64,000 bases of DNA, from positions 120,300 through 184,299 of the forward strand of contig JAQBRA010000004.1 in assembly GCA_028286685.1 (NCBI GenBank), written 5' to 3'. Below the pieces are notes generated by a model. That model ran no database searches. It was not told the origin of the DNA and saw only the letters and a list, made by a program, of their open reading frames with translations. The stretch comes from Candidatus Adlerbacteria bacterium (GTDB taxonomy: Bacteria > Patescibacteriota > Minisyncoccia > Phycocordibacterales > SBAW01). This document shows, piece by piece, positions 20,716 to 31,311 of this stretch. Made by a program: the position numbers and the translations under genes. Numbering within the stretch: the first letter of the stretch is position 1; every line of letters begins with the position of its first letter.

Positions 20716-21096
20716 TCAGTGCTCGTGCTGCAAACGAGCATGGAAGATAAGTGCGGCAGTGTCGCCATCGATTTCGTTGATGCCAACATTGCAGTCGCAG
20801 GCGAGCAGATGCACATCCGCATCAACCAGCGCCTCAATATCCAGCAGCCCGCCGATCGTTCCGTCGGTGGCAACGCCCGCCTCGCTCAGAGCGGCGGCGA
20901 TAGGTTCCAGGATCGTCCCTGCTATCGGCAAGGCTCGTACGTACGACTCGCCTTTTAATTCGATGTCGTGAAAGAGCCGGAATTTCCGGTCGGGATGCTC
21001 TTTGAAGAACTTCATCGCCGAGCGAAGCAGGTTGGCCCGCGACGGAATGGGAAGCGCGGCTGCCTCGAGAGCAGACACCTTCACTTGGTCGTTCAT
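20716..21096 (-). CDS. hypothetical protein
   Basis: SD GAGGAG, ATG start and downstream terminator hairpin. Confidence 0.6.
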   Translation of the reverse strand: MNDQVKVSALEAAALPIPSRANLLRSAMKFFKEHPDRKFRLFHDIELKGESYVRALPIAGTILEPIAAALSEAGVATDGTIGGLLDIEALVDADVHLLACDCNVGINEIDGDTAALIFHARLQHEH

Positions 21097-21210
21097 GGGA
21101 AAGAACTCCTCTAGGGTTTTGAGCTAGCATGCTGCCCTGCTCTTATGCCGACTATAACAAAACCCCGTCTTTTTACAACGGGATTTTGTATTCAGATATT
21201 TTTCTATTTT

Positions 21211-21699
21211 TTACTGCAAAGTGCCTTCCAAGTTAGGGACGCTCGGGCCCGGCGTGATACTGACCATCTCAACCTCGAAAATAAGAGTCGAGTTGCCCGG
21301 TATAGGGCCGTAGTCCTGGGCGCCGTACGCAAGGCCCGGAGGGACCAAGAGCAGGCGCTTGCCGCCAACCTGCATGCCCACGAGCCCCTGGTCCCAGCCC
21401 GGTATTACCTGTCCGGCACCCAAGGTAAAGCTGTACGGGGCCTTGCCGACCGAAGTGTCGAACACGGTGCCGTCTTGCAGGCGGCCGGTGTAGTTAACTG
21501 AAACCAAATCGCCCGGCGCGGCAGCGGGGCCGGTGCCCACCGTTTCATCCTGCATGAGGAGCTGCGAAGGGGCCTCTGCCTGCTGTGCCGGCTGCGGTGC
21601 GCTCGGCAACCCGAACGGAACGCCCAAGATAAAAAAGATGCCGACTACGATTAAGGTGACCGTAACGGCGATACTGACCTGCAAAGTGCGTTTAGACAT
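21211..21699 (-). CDS. FKBP-type peptidyl-prolyl isomerase
   Basis: VNYTGRL.DG.VFD.S, VIPGWDQG and IPGNSTLIFEVE motifs; N-terminal TM. Confidence 0.95.
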   Translation of the reverse strand: MSKRTLQVSIAVTVTLIVVGIFFILGVPFGLPSAPQPAQQAEAPSQLLMQDETVGTGPAAAPGDLVSVNYTGRLQDGTVFDTSVGKAPYSFTLGAGQVIPGWDQGLVGMQVGGKRLLLVPPGLAYGAQDYGPIPGNSTLIFEVEMVSITPGPSVPNLEGTLQ

Positions 21700-21750
21700 A
21701 GGGCAACTATACCGCTCGACCAGCGGGACCACAACCGATACTATGGGGAT

Positions 21751-22209
21751 ATGGAGATACCGTTTTACCGGCAGGAAAACGAGGGGTATTGCGGCCCGGC
21801 CGTGCTGCAGATGGCGCTGGCGGCATTAGGAACGGATTTAAGCCAGAAAGAGCTGGCGGAGGAGGCGTATACGCCGCTCAATGACCCGGACCACGGCACG
21901 GAAGTTGCGGACATGGTGCGCGTATTGGAGGCCCATGGCGCGCGCGTACAGGCGCAAAACGGAACGGCCTTGGCTGATGTTGCTGCAGCGCTCGAGGCGG
22001 GAAAGATAGCAGTGATCGCTTTTACCGAGCGGCACTACGGCTGGGGCCACTACTCCATAATTAAAAAAATCGACGCGACTCACGTGCACTTGCTGGACCC
22101 CGATGAGGACAGCGGCGGAGAGCCAATGGCCCGCGAAGAATTTGAATCTCGGTGGCAGGACCCTAAGCACACCAAGACGGACCACTGGGCGGCCTTTGTC
22201 GGCGCTTAG
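21751..22209 (+). CDS. C39-like cysteine peptidase
   Basis: Q...YCGPA, GHY and DP motifs. Confidence 0.8.
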   Translation: MEIPFYRQENEGYCGPAVLQMALAALGTDLSQKELAEEAYTPLNDPDHGTEVADMVRVLEAHGARVQAQNGTALADVAAALEAGKIAVIAFTERHYGWGHYSIIKKIDATHVHLLDPDEDSGGEPMAREEFESRWQDPKHTKTDHWAAFVGA

Positions 22210-22212
22210 TTC

Positions 22213-23205
22213 TTATTGATTCGGATGCTCCGGAAAGGCGATATTTGCCCGCTCTACTGCGGCAGCCTCTCCCACGTCTCCCTCGGAGGCGGACAGCGAA
22301 ACGCTGGCGCTCTGCGAAGTCATTGCAGGGAGGAATTTGCTATTGGCGCCCAGAAGCAGTACGACCGCCAGGGCGGCTGCAATGCCCGGCAGCAGGAGGT
22401 CGGTAGGCTGGACCTGGATGCGGATAAAGAAGGTAAGCGCCAAGACGGTGATAAGCACCGCGGCGATAGTAGCGAGTATCCATGATGCGGCCGGGCCGGA
22501 CTCGGTAAAGAGGTTTGCGGCAAAGCGCGTCGCAGACTGCATAAAAGATCCTGCGGGCGCGGGTCCTATTTCGGCGCCGGCTACGGGGTCGGTTGCCTCG
22601 GGCACGCTAGAAACCTGGGGACCGGCTGCGACTCCAGCCGCTGGCGAGGCAAAGAATTGCACGACGAAGGTCGCCATTTCCCCCTTGTACCGGCCTTCTG
22701 CGATACCGACGCCGATTTCCTGGTACTGCGCCTTAGCTATATTGGCGCGGTGCGTAGGCGACGCCATCCAGGCATCCACGACGTCTTTGGAGTCGTTAAA
22801 CCTGACCGCCAGATTTTCTCCCGCGTATACGTAGTTATAGCCTTGCCGCTCGAACCATACCCACGGCTGCTCGCCGCTCGGAGTCACGTGGCTAAAGTAT
22901 CCTTTGGACGCCATGTCTTGCGCCTTTGCCTGCGCTGCGGCGTTTAGGGTTTCGTTCTCGCGCAGTTCCCCGCGGCCCAGATCGGTGCGGGCTTCTTGGG
23001 TTATGCCGATAACGTCAGCGCGCACTACCGCCGCCAAAAATACATTGGGACCTTCTTTGAGCGCCGTGTGCCCGAGTATGACGCCCTCGCTTACGAGCGC
23101 CAAGCCTAAAAAGGCTACGAGCCAGTTGCGGCGCAGGATGTGCGGCCGGTGCGAGTTTCCGCGCCACGGCAAAAGATGGTTTTTAATGGTGCGCCAAAGC
23201 CGCAT
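22213..23205 (-). CDS. CAP/SCP domain membrane protein
   Basis: KAQDMA..GYFSH, GENLA and WMASPTHRANI motifs. Confidence 0.9.
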   Translation of the reverse strand: MRLWRTIKNHLLPWRGNSHRPHILRRNWLVAFLGLALVSEGVILGHTALKEGPNVFLAAVVRADVIGITQEARTDLGRGELRENETLNAAAQAKAQDMASKGYFSHVTPSGEQPWVWFERQGYNYVYAGENLAVRFNDSKDVVDAWMASPTHRANIAKAQYQEIGVGIAEGRYKGEMATFVVQFFASPAAGVAAGPQVSSVPEATDPVAGAEIGPAPAGSFMQSATRFAANLFTESGPAASWILATIAAVLITVLALTFFIRIQVQPTDLLLPGIAAALAVVLLLGANSKFLPAMTSQSASVSLSASEGDVGEAAAVERANIAFPEHPNQ

Positions 23206-23276
23206 TACTCCCCTATCATACAGGCAAAAGCCCCGCTTGTGCGGGGCTTTTATGCACAGAATATGGAGAACGGGGC

Positions 23277-26200
23277 TTAATTGATGACCGCAACAGGCTT
23301 CGGCGCGTTAAGCTCGGCGCAGGTGATCTGGTTTATCTTCCACTGGGTGAGCTTGTATACCCAGCCGGTAGGCTCGGAGAGACCCCAAGGAGCGAGCACT
23401 TCGTCTGCGTACTGGGACTGGAATTTCTTGACGACGGCGTCGGTCTCAACTCCAAAGAGGCCGGTTACCGCAACGGTCGTGTTCATGTGTGCGCCTAGGA
23501 AGGTCTGGAGAAGCTTTACCTCCTCCGTGTCGTTCTTGCCGCCCATGCGCATGAAGGTGTAGAGCAACGGGGTGCTGCACACAGGGCCGATCTCGGCGCC
23601 GAGAACTTCTCCTACGCGGCTCGTATTGCGGTTGCGGCTGCCATTGCTGCGATTGGTTGAAGTAGTTACAACAACCGGTGCTTCCTCTGCTGCAATATAG
23701 GTGCGCGAGAGCGTGCTGGCAGCGGCGTTCTGGTTGCCGCTAAGATCGGCAAACTTATGCTCCTGAACAGTCGCGGAGGAAACGCTGCCGGTCGGCGTCA
23801 TGATGAAGGTCCACACGGTTGGGCTTACGGCCGTAAAGTCGCTGATGATAGCGCTACTTGCATCGATGTCGCTCATCTCAAAACCGGTTACCGGCTCTGA
23901 AAAGGTGGCGGTAACGAAGGTCGAGGATTCGCTAGTCGGATTGGAGCTGGTGGCGCTCAAGACTACGGTCGGCACCGTGGTGTCCTGAGACTCAGGCGTT
24001 GCGTCGTACGTTACGGTGCACGGCGCGGTCCATTCGGACTTGTTGCCGTTAGCATCAACCGCACGGATCTTGATCGTGTAGAGGCCCTCCCCTTCGGTAA
24101 AGGCTCCCGTGCGAGACGTAACGGTCAGGCCAGTTTCAATGTACGGATTGAGATCGTTATGCAATCCCTGGGAGGTAACCCAGTACTCGTAGGTAACGGT
24201 GCCGGAGTCGTCGGTTGAGGCGCCCCAGTTGACCGTAACGGAGCTGCTGTTGGTAGTTGCGCCACAGGCAAGAGACGGCTCAGTGAGCGTAAGGGCGCCC
24301 GGCATGGTCGGATTTTCGTCTCCCGAGGAGGGGGTTGGCGAGGTCGTGAAGGAAAGGACGGAGCCCGGGTACCACGTACCGGCTACCTGTGCCCATGCGA
24401 CAAAGTGGTACTGCGTACTAGCGGCAAGGCCGGACAGTGCATGGCTGAATGATCCGCCAGCTGGTGCGGCGCCGACGCCGGTCGGATGGTATGACCATCC
24501 GGACGGGAGCTGGCCGCTCGGGTCAACTGCGGCAGTCATAGGACCTGCGGAGGAAGCGCCCCACCAAAAGGAAGTGTTGCTTGCGGCGATAGGGCCATTG
24601 GCTCCATTAAGTGTTGCGCCATTGATGCCTACCGGATTGGCGGCATTAGTAGTAGCCGACGGGACCGCGGTCTCACCGGTGATACTGAAGGACAGTACCG
24701 AGCCCGGGTACCAGACGCCGCCTACCTGCGACCAGGCGACAAAGTAGTAGGTCGTGCCGGATGCAAGACCCGAGAGCGAGTGGCTAAACGTTGCGGCGGG
24801 TGCCGCTGCACCAAGGCCAGTCGGATGGTACGCCCATCCAGACGGGAGTTGGCCGCTCGGATCTGCCGCCTGGGTAAATGGGCCGGCATTTGTCGTACCC
24901 CACCAGAACGAGGTGTTCCCGGCAGCAACCGAGTTATTGGTTGCATTGAGAGTCGCATCGGTGGCAGTAACGCCGCTTGCTGCATTAGTGGTTACGCCGG
25001 GAGTTGCCGGAGGAGGAGTAGGGGCTGTGTCGAGCTTGACGCTCCAGATCGTGCTCCAGGCGCTCCAGTTGCCCGCTACATCGCGCGCGCGGACCTGCCA
25101 GTACCATACGCCATCCGGTGCACCCGTGGAATGGATTGTAGGATCGAGCAGAGTGCCCGAGGTCCATATCCCGCCGCCTACCAATATATCGTTGGCATCA
25201 TGCGCCGAATCGAGCGATGAGTGGAACTCGTACGTAATGTTGCCCGGCTGGTCGTCGGTAGACTCCTGCCAAGTAAAGTCGAACTCGTTGGTGTTAAGCG
25301 TAGTGCCGTTTGCAGGGCTCGTAAGAACGGGAACGGACGGAGGCACCGTATCTGCGCTGTGGTAGGTTATCGGGCACGTATTGCTCCACGCCGAGGCATT
25401 GAACGATCCGTCGTCATTAAGATTGTTATTGTTGGCATCGTTAAATGCCATTACCTCGGTCAGGAAGGTGCCGCCGTCTTCGGCAGCGCCAAAGCTGAAC
25501 CAATTGCCCATGCTCGGGCCGGTAAAGACCATATTGCTGATGACATTCCAATTCGCGCCATTGTCGGCGCTGACGCGGCGGATGTATTTGATATTGGATC
25601 CTGCGACCGTAGTCCAGCGCTGGTTGAGCGAGTTGCGGCTTTCAAGGATAGAAACGCCGGAAGGGTTGCAAGCGAGACTTATCGGGTCGGACTCAAGGTT
25701 GGCTGCCTCACCCTCTACGTTCCATCCCAAGAGCGTAGGCTTCTGGATCTGAGTCGGCTCGAAGTTAAAGGTCTTGGTGGTAAGCGTGGAGCCGTTAAGG
25801 GCACCAAAGACGAACTTGTCGATGTTCTCGGTGTAGCCGTCTGCGTACGGCTCGCCTACGCGAACACCGAGGAACGAATCGCCATCGAGTATCTCAGCAT
25901 CGGGGTAATCAACGAGGATCTCATTCCAAGTCTTGAGGGTAGTGCCGGAGACGCCTGCCTCTGCCTGCGCGGTAGTCGGCCAGGTTGCGCCCGAGTAAGA
26001 CCACTTGGCGGAGCCGTTCTGTATTGCATCCCACTCATTCCAAGAGTTCTGCACGACTGCCCCATTGTTGGCCGGGACGAAGACCAGGCGGCGCTGCCAG
26101 ATATTAGAGCCGTCGAAGCTGACGTTGAAGTTGAGGTAGCCCGAGCGATTAGCGTCGCCGCCGTTACCTGCCGAAGGATTGTACGTGCTGTACTTGAGCG

Positions 26201-28007
26201 TCTTTATGGCCGAGAGCTGCACGCCGCCGAAGGCGTAGGTAGCGAGGTTGCGGCGCTCGGTTCCGGTAACGGAAACCTGTACGCTGCCGTCGCCCAAGCT
26301 GCCGGCAGGGCCGGAAACGAACGAGCCGAGCGCGTTGTTGATGGTGTCGTTCTCGTCGTTGTAGAAGAACCACTTGCCGGAATTATTATCGGCGGCGAGG
26401 AAGCGGTCAGTCTGCGTTTCGAGATCGGCAGCCCTAACTACAATCGTGCTGTTCTGGTTATTGATCGATGGTTGCGAAGTGGAAATATCGACATTATCGA
26501 TAAGGAAGCCCTTGCCCGAGGTTGCCGGAGCAGCCGTGCCTGCAGTGCGGAAGAGGAGCGAGTCTACCGTGCGGGTCGGATTATGCTCGTCGTTGCGGAA
26601 GTAATTCTCCCAGCTGGTGCCCGTGTGCTTAAGAGCGCCGTCGATGTAGATCTTGACGACATCGTTGTTGGTGCCATCGACAAAGTCCATGACGAACTTG
26701 ATCGTGTGGGCTGCGCGGGTGAGCGTAGCAACCGGCACGTCGACAAACGTCGCATCGTCGAAGAATACGTGGATGCCGTCTGTCTGATCCTCGAAGCGCA
26801 GGTAGCTCATGCGCGCGCCGTCGCCGCGGTCCGGAGAGACCGACATGACAAGGCCCGGCTGGTAAACGGCAGTTGCGACGCCGAGGTCAAACTGCGCCTC
26901 AAAGTGCGTTTTGCGGGTGCCGCCGGACTTGCCGCCGTTCTCAGCGCTCGTCTCTCCTGCCTCGTTGGCTACGGAGTACGAGTAGGTCTGGTCTGCAAAC
27001 GAGCCCGAGGTAACTGCATTGGAGATGCGGAGCGTCTTGCAGCCAAAGTCGGTGTAGCCGTAAGTATTAGTAACAACCGCCTGGTCGAACGGACCAGTGG
27101 ATGCCCAGCCGTGCTGGCCGTTAACCGAGCCCAAGGAGTAGCCGTCAAAAGTGGTGTCATCGGAAAGGTCGCACGCAGGCACCGGTACCGGCAAGAGCAC
27201 GGAGGCCACCTGCTTGCTTATGGTGCCATTGTTGCCTACGGAAACCTGCTGGTTGCTGTAGAGGGCACCAGTTATATTGTTATTGTTTCCTATTGCAATG
27301 CCGAAGGCATCAGAGACATTACTCTTGGTGGAATACACTGTGCCGCTCCAAGCAACATTAGCACCGGTGGTAAAGGTGCCTTTTGTTTCGAGGTAGAAGT
27401 CCTGTGCAGTGCCACCAATAAGCGAGAGAGTGTTGTTGTCACCAACTACGACATTGTCGTTTGCAAAGATAACTACATCGCCACTGGTTACCGTGAGATT
27501 GATATGGACATTTGCGTGAGTAGTGATGGTATTGAAGACATACGTACCGGCTGAAAGGTTGAGGGTAGTATTGTCGTTGAGGAGAAGATTGCGGTAGGTG
27601 CCCGGAGCCAGCGTGAGGGTGCCGTTTACGGATACGGTGCGGTCGCCGGAAACAGAAGAGCTTGCAGTAAAGGAGTTGGCGGCAGGAAGAGTGACGGCAG
27701 GAGCATTTTGCACAAGGCCGCCGGTTGTGGTATTTCCGCCGACCGTGGTGGTCAGGCCAGAGCGGACGCCAGAGAAGTGTCCGTTGGCACCCAGATCAAT
27801 CTTGCTATTGCCACCAGTAAGACCGCTGGATACATGCGCATTGTTGCCCAAGGCTGTATTCGCATTTGCCGCACTGCCGGCGCCAAACACTGCAAAATCA
27901 CTAAACGTCTCTCCTGCTGCAAAAGCAGTGAGCGAAAGAGCGAGAGCGATACTAATTGCTGCAAAAAACGCAACGCCCGCGCCCAACCATCCTTTATAAG
28001 TAGTCAT
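23277..28007 (-). CDS. large secreted surface protein (beta-helix-like N-terminus, FN3/Ig-like modules, C-terminal peptidoglycan-binding-like domain)
   Basis: Signal peptide; Thr/Ser/Asn-rich; two tandem TTNAA...WYPGSVLSF repeats; C-terminal VKLLQ.FL...FG..T..VKKFQ. Confidence 0.85.
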   Translation of the reverse strand: MTTYKGWLGAGVAFFAAISIALALSLTAFAAGETFSDFAVFGAGSAANANTALGNNAHVSSGLTGGNSKIDLGANGHFSGVRSGLTTTVGGNTTTGGLVQNAPAVTLPAANSFTASSSVSGDRTVSVNGTLTLAPGTYRNLLLNDNTTLNLSAGTYVFNTITTHANVHINLTVTSGDVVIFANDNVVVGDNNTLSLIGGTAQDFYLETKGTFTTGANVAWSGTVYSTKSNVSDAFGIAIGNNNNITGALYSNQQVSVGNNGTISKQVASVLLPVPVPACDLSDDTTFDGYSLGSVNGQHGWASTGPFDQAVVTNTYGYTDFGCKTLRISNAVTSGSFADQTYSYSVANEAGETSAENGGKSGGTRKTHFEAQFDLGVATAVYQPGLVMSVSPDRGDGARMSYLRFEDQTDGIHVFFDDATFVDVPVATLTRAAHTIKFVMDFVDGTNNDVVKIYIDGALKHTGTSWENYFRNDEHNPTRTVDSLLFRTAGTAAPATSGKGFLIDNVDISTSQPSINNQNSTIVVRAADLETQTDRFLAADNNSGKWFFYNDENDTINNALGSFVSGPAGSLGDGSVQVSVTGTERRNLATYAFGGVQLSAIKTLKYSTYNPSAGNGGDANRSGYLNFNVSFDGSNIWQRRLVFVPANNGAVVQNSWNEWDAIQNGSAKWSYSGATWPTTAQAEAGVSGTTLKTWNEILVDYPDAEILDGDSFLGVRVGEPYADGYTENIDKFVFGALNGSTLTTKTFNFEPTQIQKPTLLGWNVEGEAANLESDPISLACNPSGVSILESRNSLNQRWTTVAGSNIKYIRRVSADNGANWNVISNMVFTGPSMGNWFSFGAAEDGGTFLTEVMAFNDANNNNLNDDGSFNASAWSNTCPITYHSADTVPPSVPVLTSPANGTTLNTNEFDFTWQESTDDQPGNITYEFHSSLDSAHDANDILVGGGIWTSGTLLDPTIHSTGAPDGVWYWQVRARDVAGNWSAWSTIWSVKLDTAPTPPPATPGVTTNAASGVTATDATLNATNNSVAAGNTSFWWGTTNAGPFTQAADPSGQLPSGWAYHPTGLGAAAPAATFSHSLSGLASGTTYYFVAWSQVGGVWYPGSVLSFSITGETAVPSATTNAANPVGINGATLNGANGPIAASNTSFWWGASSAGPMTAAVDPSGQLPSGWSYHPTGVGAAPAGGSFSHALSGLAASTQYHFVAWAQVAGTWYPGSVLSFTTSPTPSSGDENPTMPGALTLTEPSLACGATTNSSSVTVNWGASTDDSGTVTYEYWVTSQGLHNDLNPYIETGLTVTSRTGAFTEGEGLYTIKIRAVDANGNKSEWTAPCTVTYDATPESQDTTVPTVVLSATSSNPTSESSTFVTATFSEPVTGFEMSDIDASSAIISDFTAVSPTVWTFIMTPTGSVSSATVQEHKFADLSGNQNAAASTLSRTYIAAEEAPVVVTTSTNRSNGSRNRNTSRVGEVLGAEIGPVCSTPLLYTFMRMGGKNDTEEVKLLQTFLGAHMNTTVAVTGLFGVETDAVVKKFQSQYADEVLAPWGLSEPTGWVYKLTQWKINQITCAELNAPKPVAVIN

Positions 28008-28226
28008 CTAAATAAATCCAAAGGTTTCCCTCTTTAAGCCCTTTATAAATGCCCTGAACTCCTCATCTAACTAGCGCATCTAGAATACAACACCCCTAGA
28101 ACAAGCGCCACTATAACTGAGATGCAGCCAGTGTCACAGAACTACATGAAAAGTACATGAAGCAGACAGGTAAGAAACCCCTGAAAAGACCGGGTGCCGG
28201 CAAAAATGGGTGATACAGTTTAGGGC

Positions 28227-29012
28227 ATGAGAAGCGCGACCGCTGCATTGGGCCTTTTACTGCTTCCCTCTTTGGCGTTTGGAGCCGGGTTTGCCAAGCA
28301 GTCCATATTTCTATCAAAAAGCTCGGTAACCGAGGGCGACACCGTGCTTATCCATGCGGTAGTCCAAAACGACCTCACGGCGAAATTCCCGGGCAACTTG
28401 GTTATAAAGGACGGCGAGACCAAAGTGGGCTCGGTGCCGGTCACGCTCGACCCGGGCGAGGCCCAGGCAGTCTCAGTTTCGTGGAAACCGAGTGCCGGCA
28501 GCCACAAGATTACGGCCGAGCTGCAGGACCAGGGCGGCACCGCTGTCGAGAGCGAGTCGGAGACCTTTGCGATTAAAGCAAAGCCCAAGCCGGTCGCTGC
28601 CACCAGCAGCAAGCCGAGCTCCCAGGCCGCCGCAGCGGTAGAGTCCTCGAGCGCCATACAAGAGCAGATAGGCAACCTCTCCCCCGCCGCAGAGGGTGTT
28701 GCAGCGCCGGTATTTAAGCTGGTGGATGGCAGCCGCGAGGCTATAGCCGATGTGCTCGACAGCCAGATAGCAAAGACCAAGCCCAAGGTAACCAAGATAC
28801 CGATGCCCATGCAGGGCGAGGTCGAGGGCGCCCAGACGGTTAAAACGCCCGACCCGCAGGGCTGGGCGTCGTCTATCTTCTTTACCGTCTACTTTTATAT
28901 ATTGACCGTGCTGCGGTTTGTCGTCGGCTCGGCTGGGGTCTTCTATCCCCTGCTTGCTATTGTGTTCTTCTTTACCCTGTGGCGCATGTATAGGAGATTC
29001 AGGAGGGTCTAG
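28227..29012 (+). CDS. CARDB/Ig-like domain membrane-anchored protein
   Basis: Signal peptide, LDPGE...VSW...G.H.I motif, C-terminal TM helices. Confidence 0.7.
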   Translation: MRSATAALGLLLLPSLAFGAGFAKQSIFLSKSSVTEGDTVLIHAVVQNDLTAKFPGNLVIKDGETKVGSVPVTLDPGEAQAVSVSWKPSAGSHKITAELQDQGGTAVESESETFAIKAKPKPVAATSSKPSSQAAAAVESSSAIQEQIGNLSPAAEGVAAPVFKLVDGSREAIADVLDSQIAKTKPKVTKIPMPMQGEVEGAQTVKTPDPQGWASSIFFTVYFYILTVLRFVVGSAGVFYPLLAIVFFFTLWRMYRRFRRV

Positions 29013-29116
29013 AAAAAACAAGGTTGTCCGGAATGTTCGCAGGAGCGTCGGCGACGGAGATAGGAAAATTCATCAGCAGGGAATTTTCTGCGTTCCGGCA
29101 AACTTCGTTTTTACTA
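29009..29116. repeat. MITE/REP-like element with imperfect terminal inverted repeats, copy A
   Basis: ctagaaaaaacaaggttgtccgga ... tccggcaaacttcgtttttactag; related to 31312-31418. Confidence 0.65.
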
Positions 29117-29127
29117 GGCCCTAATCT

Positions 29128-29862
29128 TTAGCGCACCAAGAACGTCGCGCGGGCGGTAACGGATACTTCCTTTTCTATAGTCGAGGTGTCGTAGCTGCCG
29201 TAATCCTCTACATTGGTCGAGTTGGGGGCCATAACCTGCACGACGCCGCTCGAGGAGGTCTTTATCTTGCCGACCGAGGAGCCGCCGCTCTTGGCGATTT
29301 CCTGCGCGCGAGTCTTGGCGTCCGTTATGGCCTCGCCCAGTAAGGAGACGCGCAGCTCCGGCAGCGTCGTTACGTAGTACTCGGGCTGGTGCGGGTTTAT
29401 AGAGTAGCCGCGGGTTATAAGGGCCGTAACGTTCTGGGCGAGTCCCTGCACCTTCTCGACATCTTCCGAAGTAATCGTAATGTCCTGATGCACGCGGTAG
29501 CGGATCGGACCCCCATTGTTCTGGTAGCTCCAATCCTGGTCGCCGGTGATGGTATTGGTGACAATCGCCTCCTCTGCTATTCCCTGGGTTTTAAAATAGG
29601 CCTTAAGCGCAGTAGCATCGTTGCCAACCTGGCCGTACGCCGCCTGCAAGCCTTCCTGCATGGCCGAGCGGTATACCTCTATGGTCCACTTGGCCTGGTC
29701 TGCCTTTATAGAGGTCTTAGCCGAGCCGGTAACGGAAATAGTGTCGTCGCTGCCGCGTGCCGCCACGAACGCAGAGGAAAATATGATGCCGGTAAGCACC
29801 AAAGCCCCGCCCACGACGAGCGCGGCGGCAACGGACGGACGGTCTATAAAGTCCTTGAACAT
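29128..29862 (-). CDS. SIMPL domain protein
   Basis: TISVTGSA...AD, DAKTRAQEIA and YG.YDTS.IEKEV motifs. Confidence 0.88.
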   Translation of the reverse strand: MFKDFIDRPSVAAALVVGGALVLTGIIFSSAFVAARGSDDTISVTGSAKTSIKADQAKWTIEVYRSAMQEGLQAAYGQVGNDATALKAYFKTQGIAEEAIVTNTITGDQDWSYQNNGGPIRYRVHQDITITSEDVEKVQGLAQNVTALITRGYSINPHQPEYYVTTLPELRVSLLGEAITDAKTRAQEIAKSGGSSVGKIKTSSSGVVQVMAPNSTNVEDYGSYDTSTIEKEVSVTARATFLVR

Positions 29863-29869
29863 AGCGTAA

Positions 29870-30304
29870 CTATACTCTCGGGGTGCGGTAGTGCAAAACG
29901 GAAGTTATGAACAGCGCCAGGGTAACCGTGGCTGATATGGCACAGAACTGGCACAAGGCGCCAATGAGCGTCAGCTGGATGTAGAAAATCGCCCATATAG
30001 AGTAGAGGACGCCAAAGCCGGTGTAAGCCAGGGCGCCCAGCCGCAAGCCGCGCGAGTTGGGGTCGATAGCCAGCAGCACCGAGAGCGCCAGCATGTAGCC
30101 GTAGTATGCCAGGCCGATGTAGGACCACGGCACGCCGAAGAATTTCGAGTACTCGCTGGTCAGTACTGTCTCGCAGCCACCGATGGCGCACGTGGGTATG
30201 AGGTTGAGGTACTGGAAATAGGAAAGGTAAAACACATCGCCCAAGCCGATAAGCGCGAGGGCTATCAGGATGAACGGGGCCAGCGGTGCACGGTTAGTAT
30301 CCAT
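29870..30304 (-). CDS. vitamin K epoxide reductase (VKOR) family protein
   Basis: C...GC..VL.S.YS..FGVP loop and CQFC active site. Confidence 0.9.
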   Translation of the reverse strand: MDTNRAPLAPFILIALALIGLGDVFYLSYFQYLNLIPTCAIGGCETVLTSEYSKFFGVPWSYIGLAYYGYMLALSVLLAIDPNSRGLRLGALAYTGFGVLYSIWAIFYIQLTLIGALCQFCAISATVTLALFITSVLHYRTPRV

Positions 30305-30876
30305 TAGTTGAATCGTATCGTCGCGAGCAGATCCTGGAAGTCAGTCCTGATAGGGTCCGTGTCCTTCGCCCAGCCTGCCGTAAAGACGTACACCTGGCCG
30401 CCGCGCAGCAGTGCCACGGCATCGGTTTCGTACAGGCCCGAGTGGCGATAGGCCACTGCCGGCTCCCCGCCCACAACGACAGGCGTCAGCACTCCGTCGG
30501 AAGAAAGCGCGAAGTTAGACCGGCTATCGCTCCTTACCCAATCGGCAAGAGAAACTCCTTCGGCAATGGGGGCGCTCCACAGGGCAATGCTCGGCGGGCC
30601 CTCTCCGTTTTCCACGGGCTGGTAGCCCTCGGGCAAAAGGGCCACAACCTGGGCGCCGTCCTGGGCCAGGAGCTGCGTATCGTACCGGTCGGCCGCATAG
30701 TCAAACGACAAGCCGAAGCCGTTGGGCGCATAGGTTTCAATCTGCGCGCTTGGCGCGGCCGATACGCCGCCCGTGCCATCTAAGCGGCTTACCAGGTATT
30801 TAGAAAAGGCAAAATACGCACCACCCAAAATAACCGCGAGCACCAGCACTGTGATTATGAGGTTTCGGCTTGTCAT
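30304..30876 (-). CDS. membrane-anchored hypothetical protein (PsbP-like)
   Basis: N-terminal TM; ends F..LL.TIRF. Confidence 0.6.
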   Translation of the reverse strand: MTSRNLIITVLVLAVILGGAYFAFSKYLVSRLDGTGGVSAAPSAQIETYAPNGFGLSFDYAADRYDTQLLAQDGAQVVALLPEGYQPVENGEGPPSIALWSAPIAEGVSLADWVRSDSRSNFALSSDGVLTPVVVGGEPAVAYRHSGLYETDAVALLRGGQVYVFTAGWAKDTDPIRTDFQDLLATIRFN

Positions 30877-30884
30877 AAAGATAA

Positions 30885-31301
30885 TTATACAATATCACGC
30901 TCATCCTCCCTCCCCCGTACCTGATACTCATCATAGCCCATATAATGGGCGACCTCGTGCCATATCGTCTCGCGTATGGCGCGGCGCATGGCGACCTCGC
31001 CAGAAAGGCTGTATTTTGCCGCCAGCATTGCCGCTTCTTCCTCAAGCGGCAGCCGGTAGAGCGTAATAGTATCCGGCAAGGTCATCCCCTCGCCATAATG
31101 ATTGCCGCGCGCCGTGTGCGGTATGCCGCGATAGAGGCCCAGCAGTGTTTCGCCTTCGCCCAAGCCTTCTTCTTTCCGCGTGGCCTCATCCGGCTTGTCC
31201 TCGGCCAAGAACACCACATTTTTTATGAGGTGGTGGAATTTCTCCGGCACCGCGCTCGGAAACTCCTCTCCTATCAGTTTTTCAAATTCTTCGCGGGACA
31301 T
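30885..31301 (-). CDS. zincin-like metallopeptidase
   Basis: LLGLYRG.P, PDTITLYR and HEVAH motifs. Confidence 0.85.
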   Translation of the reverse strand: MSREEFEKLIGEEFPSAVPEKFHHLIKNVVFLAEDKPDEATRKEEGLGEGETLLGLYRGIPHTARGNHYGEGMTLPDTITLYRLPLEEEAAMLAAKYSLSGEVAMRRAIRETIWHEVAHYMGYDEYQVRGREDERDIV

Positions 31302-31311
31302 GGAATAGGAT

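Noticed and set aside
25221-27554. 777-aa plus-strand ORF
   Set aside because: Antisense shadow of the large surface protein; no recognisable motifs
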